In this document: piece after piece, positions 1 to 13,407 of the stretch | How the letters are laid out: each line of letters opens with the position of its first letter | Position numbering within the stretch: position 1 is the stretch's first letter | Translations under genes and position numbers: made by a program | From: Octopus sinensis | Lineage: Eukaryota | DNA length: 64,000 bases | NCBI RefSeq assembly: GCF_006345805.1 | Contig: NC_043003.1 | Span: forward strand, 54,188,001-54,252,000 | Direction: 5' to 3' | Notes under the pieces: generated by a model | Database searches by the model: none | What the model saw: only the letters and a program-made list of their open reading frames with translations | Told to the model about the DNA's origin: nothing

Positions 1-247
1 CTAAAATGAGAAATTTATAATTTTTTTTTAAATTCAGAACAAGAAAGGAAGAACAATGCTGAAAATAGTAAAAGAAAGAAATTTGGAGTTATAAATCAAA
101 TAAAAATATTGTAAAAAATTCAACAAATATAACAAGTAACAATATTGTTAGAGTAACTCAACAAATAACAAACGTCTATACATCTATGTACATGTACTGC
201 AGGAGATGAATAACAAAATGTCCACTAGGCAGTTGTAATCACAAGAT

Positions 248-915
248 TGATGTTTTATTCTCCAGAATTTAGTTATGGCCAACAAATGGATGTTAGAATT
301 TCCCAAATGTAGTATGAACACAAAACAGATTTTATAGTAACTACAATGTTAAGATTACAGGATGGTAAAAGCTCTACAATTAATTATGTTCACGAAATGA
401 TGTTATAGTCTGTACAATGTAGTTTAGGTCCCGAAATGATGCTATAGTCTCTACAATACAGTAATGATCACGAAATGATGTTATAGCCTTTACAATACAG
501 TAATGATCACGAAATGATCTTATAGTCTCTGCAATGCAGTAATGATCTCGAAATGATGTTATAGCCTTTACAGTGTAGTTGTGATCCCGAAATGGATGTT
601 GCAGACTCTACAATGTACATATGATCAGAAGGTTCGTGTTATAATCTTTACAATGTAGTTATGATCAGGAAATAGATGTTAGAGTCGTTACAGTGTGGTT
701 ACCCTCACGGAATAACTGTCACAGATTGTAGAATGTGGTAATTACCACGAAATTGATGTTATAGTCTCTACAATATAATCACAATCACATGATAGATTTT
801 ATAGTCTCTGCAATATATGTGTGATCCCGAAAGATGTTATTGTCTCTGCAATATATGTGTGATCACGAAAGATGTTATTGTCTCTGCAATGTAGGTGTGA
901 TAACGAAAGATGTAC
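248..915. repeat. Degenerate 38-40 bp minisatellite (approx. consensus gatcacgaaatgatgttatagtctctacaatgtagttat)
   Basis: The c(a/c)cgaaatga motif recurs at 391, 430, 469 and 508 (39-bp period). Units near 820-900 are 38 bp; units decay towards 250. Confidence 0.9.
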
Positions 916-1124
916 TAAGATCAGGAGATTGTTGTTGACTCTGTCAAGAGTCAAGGAAAGTGGAATAGATTTGATCATGGTCTGCCATCATGTGACCAGG
1001 TTGATCCCTACCAAACAAGACAACATCGAGCTGTGCTGTTGGTAGTGTTGTTAGTGTTGTTAGTATAATGGGGGGGGGGCTATTAGTGGTATTAGCTGTA
1101 CTGTTAGTAGCGTTGTTGACTCTG

Positions 1125-1312
1125 CTGTAAAACTGAGATCTCGACCTGGTTGTTGTTACCGCCTCTGCAAAACAGATCTGGACTTGGTTGTTGTTATCGC
1201 GACTGTAAAAGTTTGATTTCTGCTTGGTTATTGTTATCGCTACTGTAAAAGTTTGATTTCTGCTTGGTTGTTGTTATGTAAAACAGATCTGGACTTGATT
1301 GTTGTTATCTTT
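1125..1312. repeat. Second minisatellite of about 40 bp (ctgtaaaa...gatct/gattt...cttggttgttgttatcgc), 4-5 units
   Basis: Repeated tggttgttgttatcgc.actgtaaaa blocks are directly visible. Confidence 0.8.
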
Positions 1313-2278
1313 ATTGTATATTTAAGATGAGAATGAAGTGATTAACGCAAATGTAGTATTGGGATTAGGATCGCTGTTCCAATGCGTTGATATTAATTGA
1401 AGAATGAGCTGGATATTATAGAGCAAACATTTTTATTCAAACACATGGGTTGCTGTTGATGCTGATGGAAGCTGGTTTCATAAATTTTCCTCATGATGTT
1501 GGAAGGCCAATCCTGGTTCTTCAAACGTATCAATTTTGTCATTAGGAGGCGCGCGTTGCTTTTCAAAGGCTCATAGATATTCCTTAATTGCTGGTTCATA
1601 AAGTGACTGCATCCTGGAGGAGATCGGTGTTGAAAATACTAGGCAATAGTATTTTAGAAAGGATGATTTATAGTTTGCCATGCTAAATTTCTCCAACGCT
1701 GGCTGTTTTAAGAAATAAGTCAATGTCGTTCTTCAGAGACGCTGGCCGTTATGCATAATCGTTGGGGCTGAGTGTTTTTGCCCCCGCATTATTATGGCAT
1801 ATATTTGGAGGGTGGTGTAAATAATATTGTCTTTACATTACTGACAAGATTAGCTGGGCGTTATTGTTGCTGTATTCCCAATGTGATTGCAAACAAAGCT
1901 GAGTGCGTGAAGTAATTTCCATGTTGTTGGTAACAGGAGCTGAGTATTAGAATTGGAATATCCATACTATTGTGAACAATAGCTGAATGTATTATTTGTA
2001 GCCTTTATGTTTGATAACTGTAGCTATGTTTCGCTGTAACTAAGTTAATTTTAGCAATAGGCTGATGTTACATATATGATACATAAACCAGGTGTAGTTA
2101 GAAGTTTTGTAAATATGATCTTCATTACAATACAGGTGTTATATACAGCCTCCAGATTATTGTTAACAAGAGCTGGTTACTGGAAGAACTCTAGATGTCG
2201 TTGTTAACATGCGTTAGTTGTTAAAAGCATATTCCTCACATATTATTGGTAACAGCTGATGTCCGAAATATTGTTGCT

Positions 2279-2546
2279 TCAGTTAATATCAGCTGCCTGT
2301 TAAAAGAGCATTGCATGGTGCTGTCGACTATCGCTTGTTGTTAAAAGGCGTCTCTAATGTAATATTTACTGGTGTCTGATGCTATATTAAATACAAAATT
2401 GAGAGAATATTTCGGACATCAATCCAACAGCTGGAGAATATAGCACCAGACACCAGTAAATATTACATTAGAGACGCCTTTTAGCAACAAGCGATAGTCG
2501 ACAGCACCATACAATACTCTTTTAACAGGCAGCTGATATTAACTGA
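2279..2546. repeat. 110-bp inverted repeat (2279-2388 / 2437-2546) with a 48-bp spacer
   Basis: The reverse complement of 2437-2546 matches 2279-2388 at 106 of 110 positions. Confidence 0.95.
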
Positions 2547-3989
2547 GCATGTTCGCTGCTGGAAGGGGTTTCGCAGAGTACTTGAGTATTGGCGTTGTTT
2601 AGTCCCGAAATCAATCTCTGTCCCATATAGACTTGCCTGTGATTAAAGGCATTCCAGCCACACGAAGCCCTTCATTGGACACCAGGCTACATTAATGTGA
2701 TCTTCCTGTTTAGATGTTAGGAATGTTGTTACGTAAGAGATTTAGCCTTTATATCAATGGTTCACCATACAGCTCTCTATTGATTATGCAACGCCATAGG
2801 CCATTTGGTGTATCTCCCACGAAGTGTTATCTTCATAATTTTAGATGTTTCTTCATGCTCAACACTTCATAAAAATGTATTTCACCGCTTGAACACGTTG
2901 TTCCTTGTAATACAACAGGTTTACGACCAGTGGGCGTAATATTGTGTGATGGCAATCATCACATTGTCTTGTAAATGAAAATCTGAAGAATATGATGAGC
3001 CCGGCATATATTTTCTCCTTGTCATTATAGTTATACAAAAACTAATTTATTAGTGAAATCTGAAACCAAGATAAAGTCAGTATGAACGAAACAAGTCAAA
3101 AATAAAGTCATAATTCTAAGAAACATTTAAATTATTATAATGTTAATTTCTAATTTACATATTTTCTAATTAAAATTTCTATAAATGTTTTTTTAAGTTT
3201 CGTTATACTGTTTATTTTTTTCATGTCTGTGCGTGTACATTTTGTTTTGTCATATGATATAATTGTGTGTGACGTTTGTGTGTATATGGGATTGTCATAA
3301 ATAATATACAATAAATTATACGTCACCTCTTCCATGTTGAATGTATATGTTCTATAAGCGGCAAGGCAGAAATCTTTCCATATTCTCAACTTTACTCACA
3401 TTCTCATAATTATTCTCTGGGCTCCATGTGTCATTACGTAAAGTTTCAACCATGTTGAATTCAAAGAATGTTTTCAAACACTAAAACAAAAAACGATTTT
3501 AAGTTTAGCTTACAAAAGCTATTAACCTTTTGTGATATGAAATTCATTAGGAATTAAATGGTACGTTTCTATTTCAGGAATATATCATTTGCATTATAGA
3601 TAGATAACTTGATATAAATTTAACAGGAGTTACATATTAAAGATGTATTCTTTGTTGTATTTTCAGAACTGAGAGATATGAAGTCGCTCTTTGTATTTAA
3701 AAGTGGGATTTTATAAATTGTTATAATATCAATAATTATTTAATAAGTATGGCTTTGATTGTATTTTAATATTTCTCTTACATTTCATCTCATGATTATT
3801 ATATTTGTTATCTCAATTTACTTGACAGTTCTTTCAACTGTTATCGGTTTATGTCATTGCTGCACTTTTCGTAAATCTGATGTCAGGATTTTACACATCC
3901 AGCTATATATATATATATATATAATTGCTATCAAATGCTTTATTGCATTAAAATTACCTAACTCTATCTGTTACTGGAGCTAGTTCCTT

Positions 3990-6190
3990 TCACCTCTTAA
4001 ATCATGTATTTGTAAACATTATTTCAGTTCGTATGAATTCCTGGTTGTAAATTATATTCTCTCAACGTTTCAACACTATACTCCACTGAACTGAAAATTA
4101 CCCTAAATGATGTGTCTGAAAATCGTAGACGATTTCGTCTCTTTCAACATTAGGTACCTTCGTCCAGCTGCCCTATTAATCCAGACACACTTGACTAAGT
4201 CAGGGCTTGCATCTATATCAGCAACAAGTCATGGGCTTTCCCATTTTATCTAATATATGATAGCTTCCTCTGTACTTTGCTGCACAAGGGGATTCTAAAC
4301 CATTCGTGGCCTTGAAGAATGAGCAAACCATTTTAACTAGCACTCAGTATTCCTCTGTAATTTGTTTGCAGCAAGTCTACTTGCATTGTTCTGAATTACT
4401 CTACCAGTTTCTGGCATTTAGAGAAGATCATCAGCAATATGAAACCCTATTATAAACACCCCAGTTCTACCAAAATACAATACATACGGCCTGCTCCCAT
4501 TGCACTAGGGCATCCGGTCATGACGTTCTTCACAGTGTAAGTAGTTGCTCTGCACAGCTAGTAAGGTGGGTCTTTTTCTTTATCCCAAACTTTGAGGTTG
4601 TTTGGGGAAAGAGGTCAGTAACATCACGAACGAGGAAGGAAAATATTCCCTGGTGTGTACTCAGGTTCTGGTCCCACCGATCCATTGGCCCTTGATGGAA
4701 AGTCCTAGTGCCTTCATTCGGTCTTCCTTCTCAGCTGAATCACGGATCCTTTTGCACAATGAGCGTTCTTTGCCCTTGGTATTGGTTCTTTTCCATCTCT
4801 TAGTGCTTTAATGGCCAAGTTCTAGACGTCCTTGACAATCTTTTGGGGTTTCCAGTATGTCACTTTTTCTTTCACAACTTCCTGGGGTTTCTACTGAGCA
4901 CCATTATTTGAACCCAAGTAGTTTTTATTAATTGCCCTGTGATCGTAGCTTTTCTCGAGGCAGAACTCCTTTTTCTTGGATGGCTGGAGTCCCAGAGGCC
5001 TGAATGTTGAAGGTATCAGTTGTCAGCTTTCGTTTAAGGATTTCAGGCTCCGAGATTTAGCTGGATTATAAAAGCATGATCATGCGGCCATCTTTTCCAG
5101 TAAGCTTAATGTCCGCCGCATTACTTAGATTGATGGTGTCATATGTTACGTGATGTATGAAAGCCTTGCAAACTAAATTTCCTGTGTTTCCGTCAGTTTC
5201 GGTACCTCTCAACTGCTTCCCCACTACCAATAGCATTAGATTCATGGCAGCTACAGACAGCGTCACGGACATTGTGTATCCTGCCACAGTGCTTTTTCCA
5301 GTCTCTATCTCTTAGCGAGGTAATTTCCCACGGTGAACTTCATCTTCAGTGAAACCATGTAGGACATTATGAATCTGACCACTTCTGTTGGTACTTCGTA
5401 GTACACAAATGCACTTTGGAGAAGCTGGTGAGTCACGTTTGAGTACGCTTTGGCAAGAACCAACCATATTACGGACAGTGAGTTCTTGTTCTTCTTTACT
5501 TCCTTAACGACACGACTGATCGGTGATGTGTGCTCGAGCCATACACAGTAGCCTGGGACTCCTCCTTTGTGGTTACTGGTGTCAATGTACACGTTGGCCA
5601 AGATATATTTGGAAATGATGACCCAAATAATCTTCCTCTCAACTTCTAAAAGAGGGATCTCTCGAAACTATTCAAGTGCTGCTGAGGTTTCTCCTTTGGA
5701 ACAAAACAGCCCTCCGCGAGTGTCCATTGCCAGAGTTCCAGCTTCTTCCAGATCAAGCATAAAAGTGTTGCTCGCCTCCTCAACAGTAGTGGGCAATTCT
5801 GTCAATTTTGTAATTACTGACATTTCGATTTCTTTATCTGGAGGAGTGTGTCCTCCGAGGGCATTGTAAATCCGATAAACACTAACCACTAGGAGAATTA
5901 GCAGATATCTTGAAGTTGAAACTCATAAAACTTTGAAGGGTAAAAGGTGCAGAAACAAAGATCCTTAGAACCAATAACCGCTATTTCCCTGACTTTTGCT
6001 TTTCTATGGAAAAAACCAACTGGAAATCTTGAATACCCAGCATACGTAATAAACACTTATCTATGAAAAACTCTGAGCGATACTGCCAAAACGAAATCCT
6101 GTTAAGCTCTGCATGCCTAACACATGTTTCTAGCACAAATGAAACTAAAATGACACCCAGGAAGTTATTCAAGCATCAAGATAATTTTAC
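3990..6190 (-). mobile_element. Degenerate HERO-like non-LTR retrotransposon (R2 superfamily, restriction-like endonuclease type): RT, CCHC knuckle and decayed endonuclease region
   Basis: Minus-strand translations give LIWKKLELWQWTLAEGCFVPKE; FREIPLLEVERKIIWVIISKYILANVYIDTSNHKGGVPGYCVWLEHT; LSVIWLVLAKAYSNVTHQL (LDLANAYGSVPH motif); GYTMSVTLSVAAMNL; KAFIHH (AFMDD decayed); YNPAKSRSL; and NNLKVWDKEKDPPY*LCRATTYTVKNVMTGCPSAMGAGRM (zinc knuckle region). Motifs are collinear with HERO ORF architecture, with many stops and frameshifts. Boundaries are approximate. Confidence 0.85.
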
Positions 6191-8417
6191 TTTGCTCACT
6201 TGCTCAATACAGCCCCCATAAACCTTGTCCTTGGCTCCTCTAATAACTGTGGAAGATTCTGAAAGCGATCATACTGGAGATTGAAATGTTGCTAGCCAAT
6301 GGATGGATAGTGAGTATATTTGGGTATCTAAAGAAAACTAAGAAACTCTAAAAAGCTCAAATAGTTTAGAAATCCTGTCACCAATCTGTGTAAAAGCAAG
6401 AGTATTATTTTCACCACCTTGTCTTGACAGTGGAGAAAGTTCATCCCAAACAATAATTACATTGATAGAGTAGCACACAAACGTGGGATCTCTGGAATAC
6501 TTTGTAGCTTATACTATACAGTTATTGCAACTGTGTAACTCAGCGTTTAATAGACAAAATGATGGTATCGTAGACATGGCAGTCTAGTAGTGAGATACTG
6601 GAAAATCGATGTCCTTACCCCGGAATATTCTTACAATTTCTGGATGAGAATTACTAGTAAATATATTATAGTACCGAACGAATGAAGCTTTCTTCAATGT
6701 TTAGTTCTTATTTCTTCTAATTTTCTCGATTGAATATCAGAACATTTTATGTTCTAATACTGCCTGGCATTGTTGTTGCTGTTGTTTGTATTGTGTGTGT
6801 GTGTGTGTGGTGTGTGTGTGTGTGGTTCTGTAATGTGCAGTCGCTATTAGTGTGTTGTTGACCTGATGCAATTAATATAAACATTGCACTTTACCTCCAC
6901 CATTTATAATTCATTATTCAAGGCAGAAATGCAGCACTTTTATAATTTCCTCAGTTTTTGCTCATACTGCCATTATTTCTAGACTTCCATTTCCATGTGT
7001 CTTTAGTCATCGTTCTCATCAGATCTCCGGACTGGAAAAGAAAACCTTTTTCTCTTTAGCGAAGATATATTTTTAACATGTGAATTGAAATTCTGATATT
7101 TATATTCTAGGTTCCTAAATAATCAACGAAATATTAATCTACTATCGTTTATACTAAATAGGTATTATGTACCACTTTCATCTCATTTTTACATGATTTT
7201 TATTGTTATATATTTTCTCCGTATTAGCCATATATATAATAATGAATGCTTCTTTTAGATTTGTCATTTCATTCTATTTTTCTTACATTTATTGCTATAA
7301 ATGTTCTCCGTAATCATATGAACAATGTTCTTTGCACACATAATTTTAGTGTTCTTGTTATTTTAGTCTAAATTATAGAAACTCAAAATACTTACCACTT
7401 ATTTGAGTCCCTTTCCCCAGCAAATGCTTTTCACGAAAGCATCGCCATTGGAATTTTTTGCATGATATTGAAAATCATTTCCGGTTGGGCTGTAAAAGGT
7501 ATTTTTACTGTTAACGTGTATCACAGTCGGGGTAACAGAGCGATTTCCGCAGCCGAAGAAGCGAGGTACGCGGTCGCAGAATTTTCTCATTCTACTTGGG
7601 AATATATTACAATTCAACAAGAGAAATATATGAACTAACTGAATGCAAGCAATCAAAGAATTATATATTATTCTCAAGAAGTTGAATGGTATTCGTCATA
7701 ATCTTCTTGTTGATCATGACGCGAATAAGTAGAATCGTCGTAACGTTGGCTGGAATAGCATTATATACTTTTAGCGATGCTTTGTTATCTGATTTCGAAT
7801 TCCAGCGATGCCAACGTCATTATTTTCCTTTTTATATTTTGAGAAATAAAATAATTAGTACTAAACTAAACTACAGAACTGTTTGTATTTCACCATTATT
7901 GCAAATATATATAGTAACGCATGAAACTTTTTATAGTGAATTGGTGTGTGCAAAACAAGCATTCCCGTATTAAATAAAACAAAAAATTCCCGGTGGAACA
8001 AATGTGTTTAGAACTAGATTTTGAACAAGCCTTCACTTAGATCTGAAGCTAACTCAGGTTCTATCACGGGTAAAATTGTTGTTCACAGCGCTTGTTCTGA
8101 ATCTAAAATAATTTACGTTCTGGTGGATTAACGTTAGAGAATTGTTGATAGTGAGCTGGGTTAATCTATCCATTTGATAGGCCTGATTTACTTGCAATCT
8201 TCTTCAAGCTACTAGCTCGTCTGAAGATCTGGCCATTCAACAAGGGTCCTTGCAGCTAACAGTTTGTAATGGAGAACATATTTTAATTCTCAGAAAAACC
8301 TGGGAGACCTGAGGCAACACACACGCTAACATCTATTTACATGCACATGTATCGTTGAACAAGCATTTACAGACAGGAATCAATTAGTACTCATTTAAAT
8401 TTACCGGGTCCCTTTAA

Positions 8418-8463
<46 letters not shown>

Positions 8464-8504
8464 GTCTGTCTGTCTATCTGTCTGTCTGTCTGCCTGCCTG
8501 CCTG

Positions 8505-8537
<33 letters not shown>

Positions 8538-8620
8538 GTCTATCTATCTCACTATCTATTTACCTATTTATGTATACGTGTATACACACACACACACACA
8601 CACATACACACACACACATA
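8418..8620. repeat. Compound microsatellite (ATCT)n/(TCTG)n/(CT)n/(CA)n
   Basis: Direct reading. Confidence 0.95.
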
Positions 8621-9480
8621 CAGGGTGGGTGGAGAATAACTAGGAACTAGAAATTGCTTATAGAATTTTTAGCATCATTAAAGTCATTAGGAAAACATTT
8701 TTTAATCAGACATCACTAATGGAGATTTTTTATTCTCTTGTTTCTTTTCTTATTTTCTAGGTGGCCGGGCTTTTGACTGTTCAGGAGCGAGCTAAGATAG
8801 CAGCACGCTATGAAGTATGGAATTCCATTGTTTTGGTTCAGAGATGGTGGCGTGCATGGAAAGATAAGCATGCTACACTACGTCCGGAGTTAATAAAAAG
8901 CTGTCATGCAAAGCTGATGACCATGGGCTCTGTGAACGATGCAGGAAGACGTGGTCGTCTAACAACATCCTGTTCAGCGGAAAACGGGGCAAAAGTGCTG
9001 CAAATGTATAATCGCAGCCCACAAAAGTTAATACCTCAAGCAGCTCGAGAAAGTGGACTACAAGACACAATACGTACGGTGTTACATAAAGAATTGAATT
9101 TTCGTCCGTGGAAACTTGAAGTTAAAACTTGAAGTTAAAACTTGAAGGCTGTGATCGTAGAATTCCAGAAGTCCACATACCACCTCATGTGATTTTTATC
9201 TGTGGGGTTTCAGAAAAGAGGAGGTGTACAAGACAAAACCTCGCACACTGGATAACTTGTAGACACGGATTCAGGAGGTTCGCAATGGCATCTCAGACGA
9301 AATCTTCAGAAAGTTCTTCATTCCACCCCTGGCCGTTAGAGGACATTGGTTGTCGCTGCCAGTGCTTACGTTGAAATATGAAGATTTACTTTCATTTTCA
9401 CATGTAATAAAAAACGTATAATTTGTTTCAATACATTTGTTAAAAGGAATATGGATTTTATTATCAATATTCAATACCTA
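8621..9480 (+). mobile_element. Internally deleted Tc1/mariner-superfamily element (N-terminal HTH region and C-terminus; catalytic core missing)
   Basis: Starts TA|CAGGGTG. ORF 8761-9132 (LTVQERAKIAARYEVWNSIVLVQRWWR...SPQKLIPQAARESGL...LNFRPWKL) resembles the DUF4817-type transposase N-terminus. From ~9180, TSCDFYLWGFRKEEVYKTKPRTLDNL matches the PCDF(F/Y)LWG C-terminal motif. The right TIR was not recognised. Confidence 0.85.
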
Positions 9481-9520
9481 CTTACTTTTTACACACACAC
9501 ACACAGACACACACACACAC

Positions 9521-9554
<34 letters not shown>

Positions 9555-10715
9555 CGCATATACATATAGATATATATACATATGCATAAATACATACATA
9601 TATATATATATATGCAAAAAACATATATATGCATATGCTTATATAAACGTATATACATGCAAGTATTCACGAAATCATACATAAAGTTTTAACTCTCAAC
9701 AGTATACTACAAGCCTCACTATGCCATATAAAGCTGTTCGTCTATTTTAACATTTTAATTTAATGATTAAAATCGAGGAACGTCCTATGCAGCCGTAAAT
9801 ATATGATGATACTAAAAGCTGTTATACAACATACTGAAACAACCGATATTCCAATAATAATTAAATCGCAATTATCTTTTCTCAAAGAGTATATATTCTA
9901 TTTAATATTGAATATTTTAATTGTTGTTTATACAGATATATGTATTATGTAATTATAAGAACTCATTATTTATGTATGATATTAGAAATTACGCATAAAA
10001 TTACCCTTTCAAAATTCAGCTTGCTAAACGTGGCCAATTCATCCGTTCGAAACCTAGGCCGTGTATCATTAGTTGTATTTGTCTCTTACACCGTTTGGCG
10101 CCTGCTTAGCAAATAGATGAATGATTCAGTAGCAACGATTGCGGATTTATGGCAAGGCCGTCTTGGTAGGTTATAACGTGGAAGATATTTATGCAATCGC
10201 AAGTGCTGCTGTGAATATGAATATAAATATCATACTATTTGCCATGTCATAATAAATAGGGTATACAGTCATGGTTATGTATATAGGTATTCGCCTGGAA
10301 GTCTACACTTACAAGCGTGCACATACACGAGTGAATATACACATGTATACAACTACATTCATAGACCCAAATCAACGATAACATTATACATGAGGTAGAC
10401 GTAGCGACATAGATAATAAATTTATCATATACGTTTATATGGGTGTGTGTGTTAATCAACATATATATGCATGTACTTATGCATGTATATAGCGATATGA
10501 ATATAGTCAGAGACATGTATGTCTGCATGTGCACATATATATGCGCCATATATCTTAATTAACCATGCTTATAACCTTAAGTTAGATTCAATAAATGTAA
10601 TATAATTTCATAACATATTTGAATACGTACGTATATAAATATGCATTACATACATACATGCTTATACACACACACATACATAGGCAGACAGACAGATACA
10701 CACACACACATATGT

Positions 10716-10757
<42 letters not shown>

Positions 10758-10759
<2 letters not shown>

Positions 10760-11330
10760 TTAAAAATTGAGGGAGATAAATTAATATTAATTTTAATATC
10801 AATTTAAAACCAGTAGTCCAGCATTCAAAAAATCTGAGGAGTCAGAGGAAATTCAAATATATGTGTATATTGGCAGGGCTGGCCTGCTAGGTAGCCGGCC
10901 AGAATGCTAGAAGAAGATCATCAACGATCAAACTACAAGGGAAATTCTCTAGAGGAAGAATTCACCGATCACCAGAACCAACTTTGGCGGGCAGGACATA
11001 TGAAAAATTAAATAAATAACAGACTTAAATGCATACCTCGGTTTCGGTCTTAACAAAAGAATTACTTGCATAATTCAAGTGTCCGTGACTTCTTCAGTAC
11101 ATTCGGTCCTCGAGATGCAAACCGCAAGACTAACCCCAGCTCTCTGTGTCAAGACAGACACGTGCTTAGTCTTACTGATTACATCGGGAATAAAATTTCA
11201 AATGTCTTGGTTTTGGCGCGCTGAGAGACTCTTGAAGCGAAGGGCTGCAGTGAATAATTCACTGCGGGTAGTGCTTACAACTAGGGAACGTATTTATTTA
11301 AATATTTAAAAATTGAGGGAGATAAATTAA
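10758..11330. repeat. About 520-bp block bracketed by an exact 27-bp direct repeat (atttaaaaattgagggagataaattaa)
   Basis: Identical 27-mer at 10758-10784 and 11304-11330. Confidence 0.85.
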
Positions 11331-12109
11331 GAGTCTTTGTACCCTTCTCAAGAGCAGAAAAATAAAGAGATTGCTAGATGTGATTCATGGATGACAAACC
11401 AGACTTCTACAACAAAACCATAAGTCAATGAGTGATGCCTTGTCTCTGTTTGGAACCTGTTTATTTTTTTAAATAATTGATAAATAAAAATAGAGAACCG
11501 ATATTCGATTATACCAATCACAGAACCAGGCCGGTACATCACTTTATTGACGCCAGTGGCATGAAAGGCGAACGTGGCCTCAGCGGAATTTAAGCACTGA
11601 GCACACAGGAAATAAAAAAGAAATACTGTAATATATAAGTTCAACCCACTGATAAATCCGTTCGCTTTCAAAAAATATTTAGAATAAAAATACTTAGAGT
11701 ATAATAATACAATACATGGGTAAACGAGGATGTTTCTACAGGGTTATTTCGCCTACCAGAAATAAGAGCAAAATGACATTCCAATCCTGTACTGCAACTG
11801 TCTTGTGAAAGTTAAGGACGAATTGAGCAGCCAGGTTTTGAATAGATGAGACGACGAAAAGGCAACAGTTAGTGTGTCGATCACGTAAGAATGTTTGACT
11901 AGATTTCAATAATGATATAAAGAACGTATTAGGCGGGCAACAATGGCGACAATCACAACAACAATAACATCTATAGAAAGGCAGCGCATCATCGGATGAA
12001 ACATGAAGTGAAACATCTAAATTTTACATACAACCGTCTGTGCTAAATTGACCGTCCTAATACGGTAGACAACACTAGTAGTAAAAATAACTTCAGAAGC
12101 ATTACACAC

Positions 12110-12504
12110 ACGCACACACACACACATATATATATAATATATATATATATATATTATATATATATATGTATATCTGTGCGTTTATATGTATATATATATA
12201 TATATCTTCATATGTATATGGATATATATGTATATATATATAAATATATTTATTGTATGTATCGAAACATATCTATGTCTATGTGCACGTTGAGTGTATA
12301 TATTTTGTGTATGTGGTAAGTTATATAACAGAAGGAAACTTTTAATGTATTATGCAAGGTGCGCGTATACGTGTTTGATGGATTGGCCCTTTGGTGTCAG
12401 TTGCGTGGTGAGATCATTGTATACAGGGGCGAATTGCGAATTGTGCATAAGTCTCTAGGTAGTATGTGTGACAAGAACAGGAATTATGCTTATATAATCA
12501 CTCA

Positions 12505-12563
<59 letters not shown>

Positions 12564-12763
12564 TATATATGTATATATATATGCATATATATATATATGT
12601 TTATATATATATATATATATATATTTAAGTATATATGTATGTAAACACATGTATATATATAAATAGTATTTGTATGTATATATGCATATATATATGTGTG
12701 TGTATTGTATACACATATACGTAAATGTATTTGTATGTATATATATATACATATATATACATT

Positions 12764-12795
<32 letters not shown>

Positions 12796-12860
12796 GACAC
12801 ATATATGTAATATACATACGTATATATAAATATAAGAAAAATACACACGCATATAAATGC

Positions 12861-12896
<36 letters not shown>

Positions 12897-12930
12897 CAAT
12901 ACATCAATACATATGTACGTATAGAACACA
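12110..12930. repeat. Long (TA)n/(TG)n/(CA)n low-complexity block
   Basis: Direct reading; it explains the IY-rich ORFs. Confidence 0.95.
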
Positions 12931-13407
12931 ACTAGTGTTCTCGATTGAGAAAGTGCTAATATAAATGTAAACCTAAATTTAAGTTCATATATCTATGTAG
13001 ATAGATAGATAGATCGATCGATAGATACAGATATAGCTTCAGACACAGAGAAATACAGATCAGAAGGAGAAATAACTCTCGATAAAGAGAGAGATAGAAT
13101 TAAAATAATGAAAGTAGAAATTAGAATTAATAGAAAGAGAAGTCGAGAGGGGATTATAAAAAGTTTTTTTCTTTTTTTAAACAATATTATATTATAAAGT
13201 CGGAAAACAAATTAAGTGTGAATCCAGTTATTTTTCATAAAAATTCTCCATTAGAGTTTTATTCGCTAAATTACGCAATAACACTACCGAATGGCGTTTG
13301 TCTTGCTTTATATAACCAATTCCATACGATCTTCAATATGAACTATTTTAACCTTGGTATTATTTAATTCGTTTCATTTTTGGACGTCTTCGTTTTAGCC
13401 GTTTTTT

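Noticed and set aside
380-600. 39-bp repeat open on the minus strand as DHYCIVETITSFR repeats
   Set aside because: Neighbouring units are 38 or 40 bp, which breaks frame, and stops flank the run. Not supportable as coding.
7396-7591. Minus-strand exon candidate ending in a strong GTAAGT donor
   Set aside because: The acceptor is weak and all three frames contain a stop before the donor.
8020-8260. Minus frame that stays open if TGA is read as Trp (possible NUMT or alternative genetic code)
   Set aside because: The peptide does not resemble any mitochondrial protein I recognise, and the length is within chance for decayed sequence.
12359-12935. Long IY/HT/CV-rich ORFs here and at 9.4-9.7, 32.5-34.8, 36.6-37.0, 47.0-47.4 and 52.0-52.8 kb
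   Set aside because: Translations of (TA)n, (CA)n, (TACA)n and (TATC)n microsatellites.
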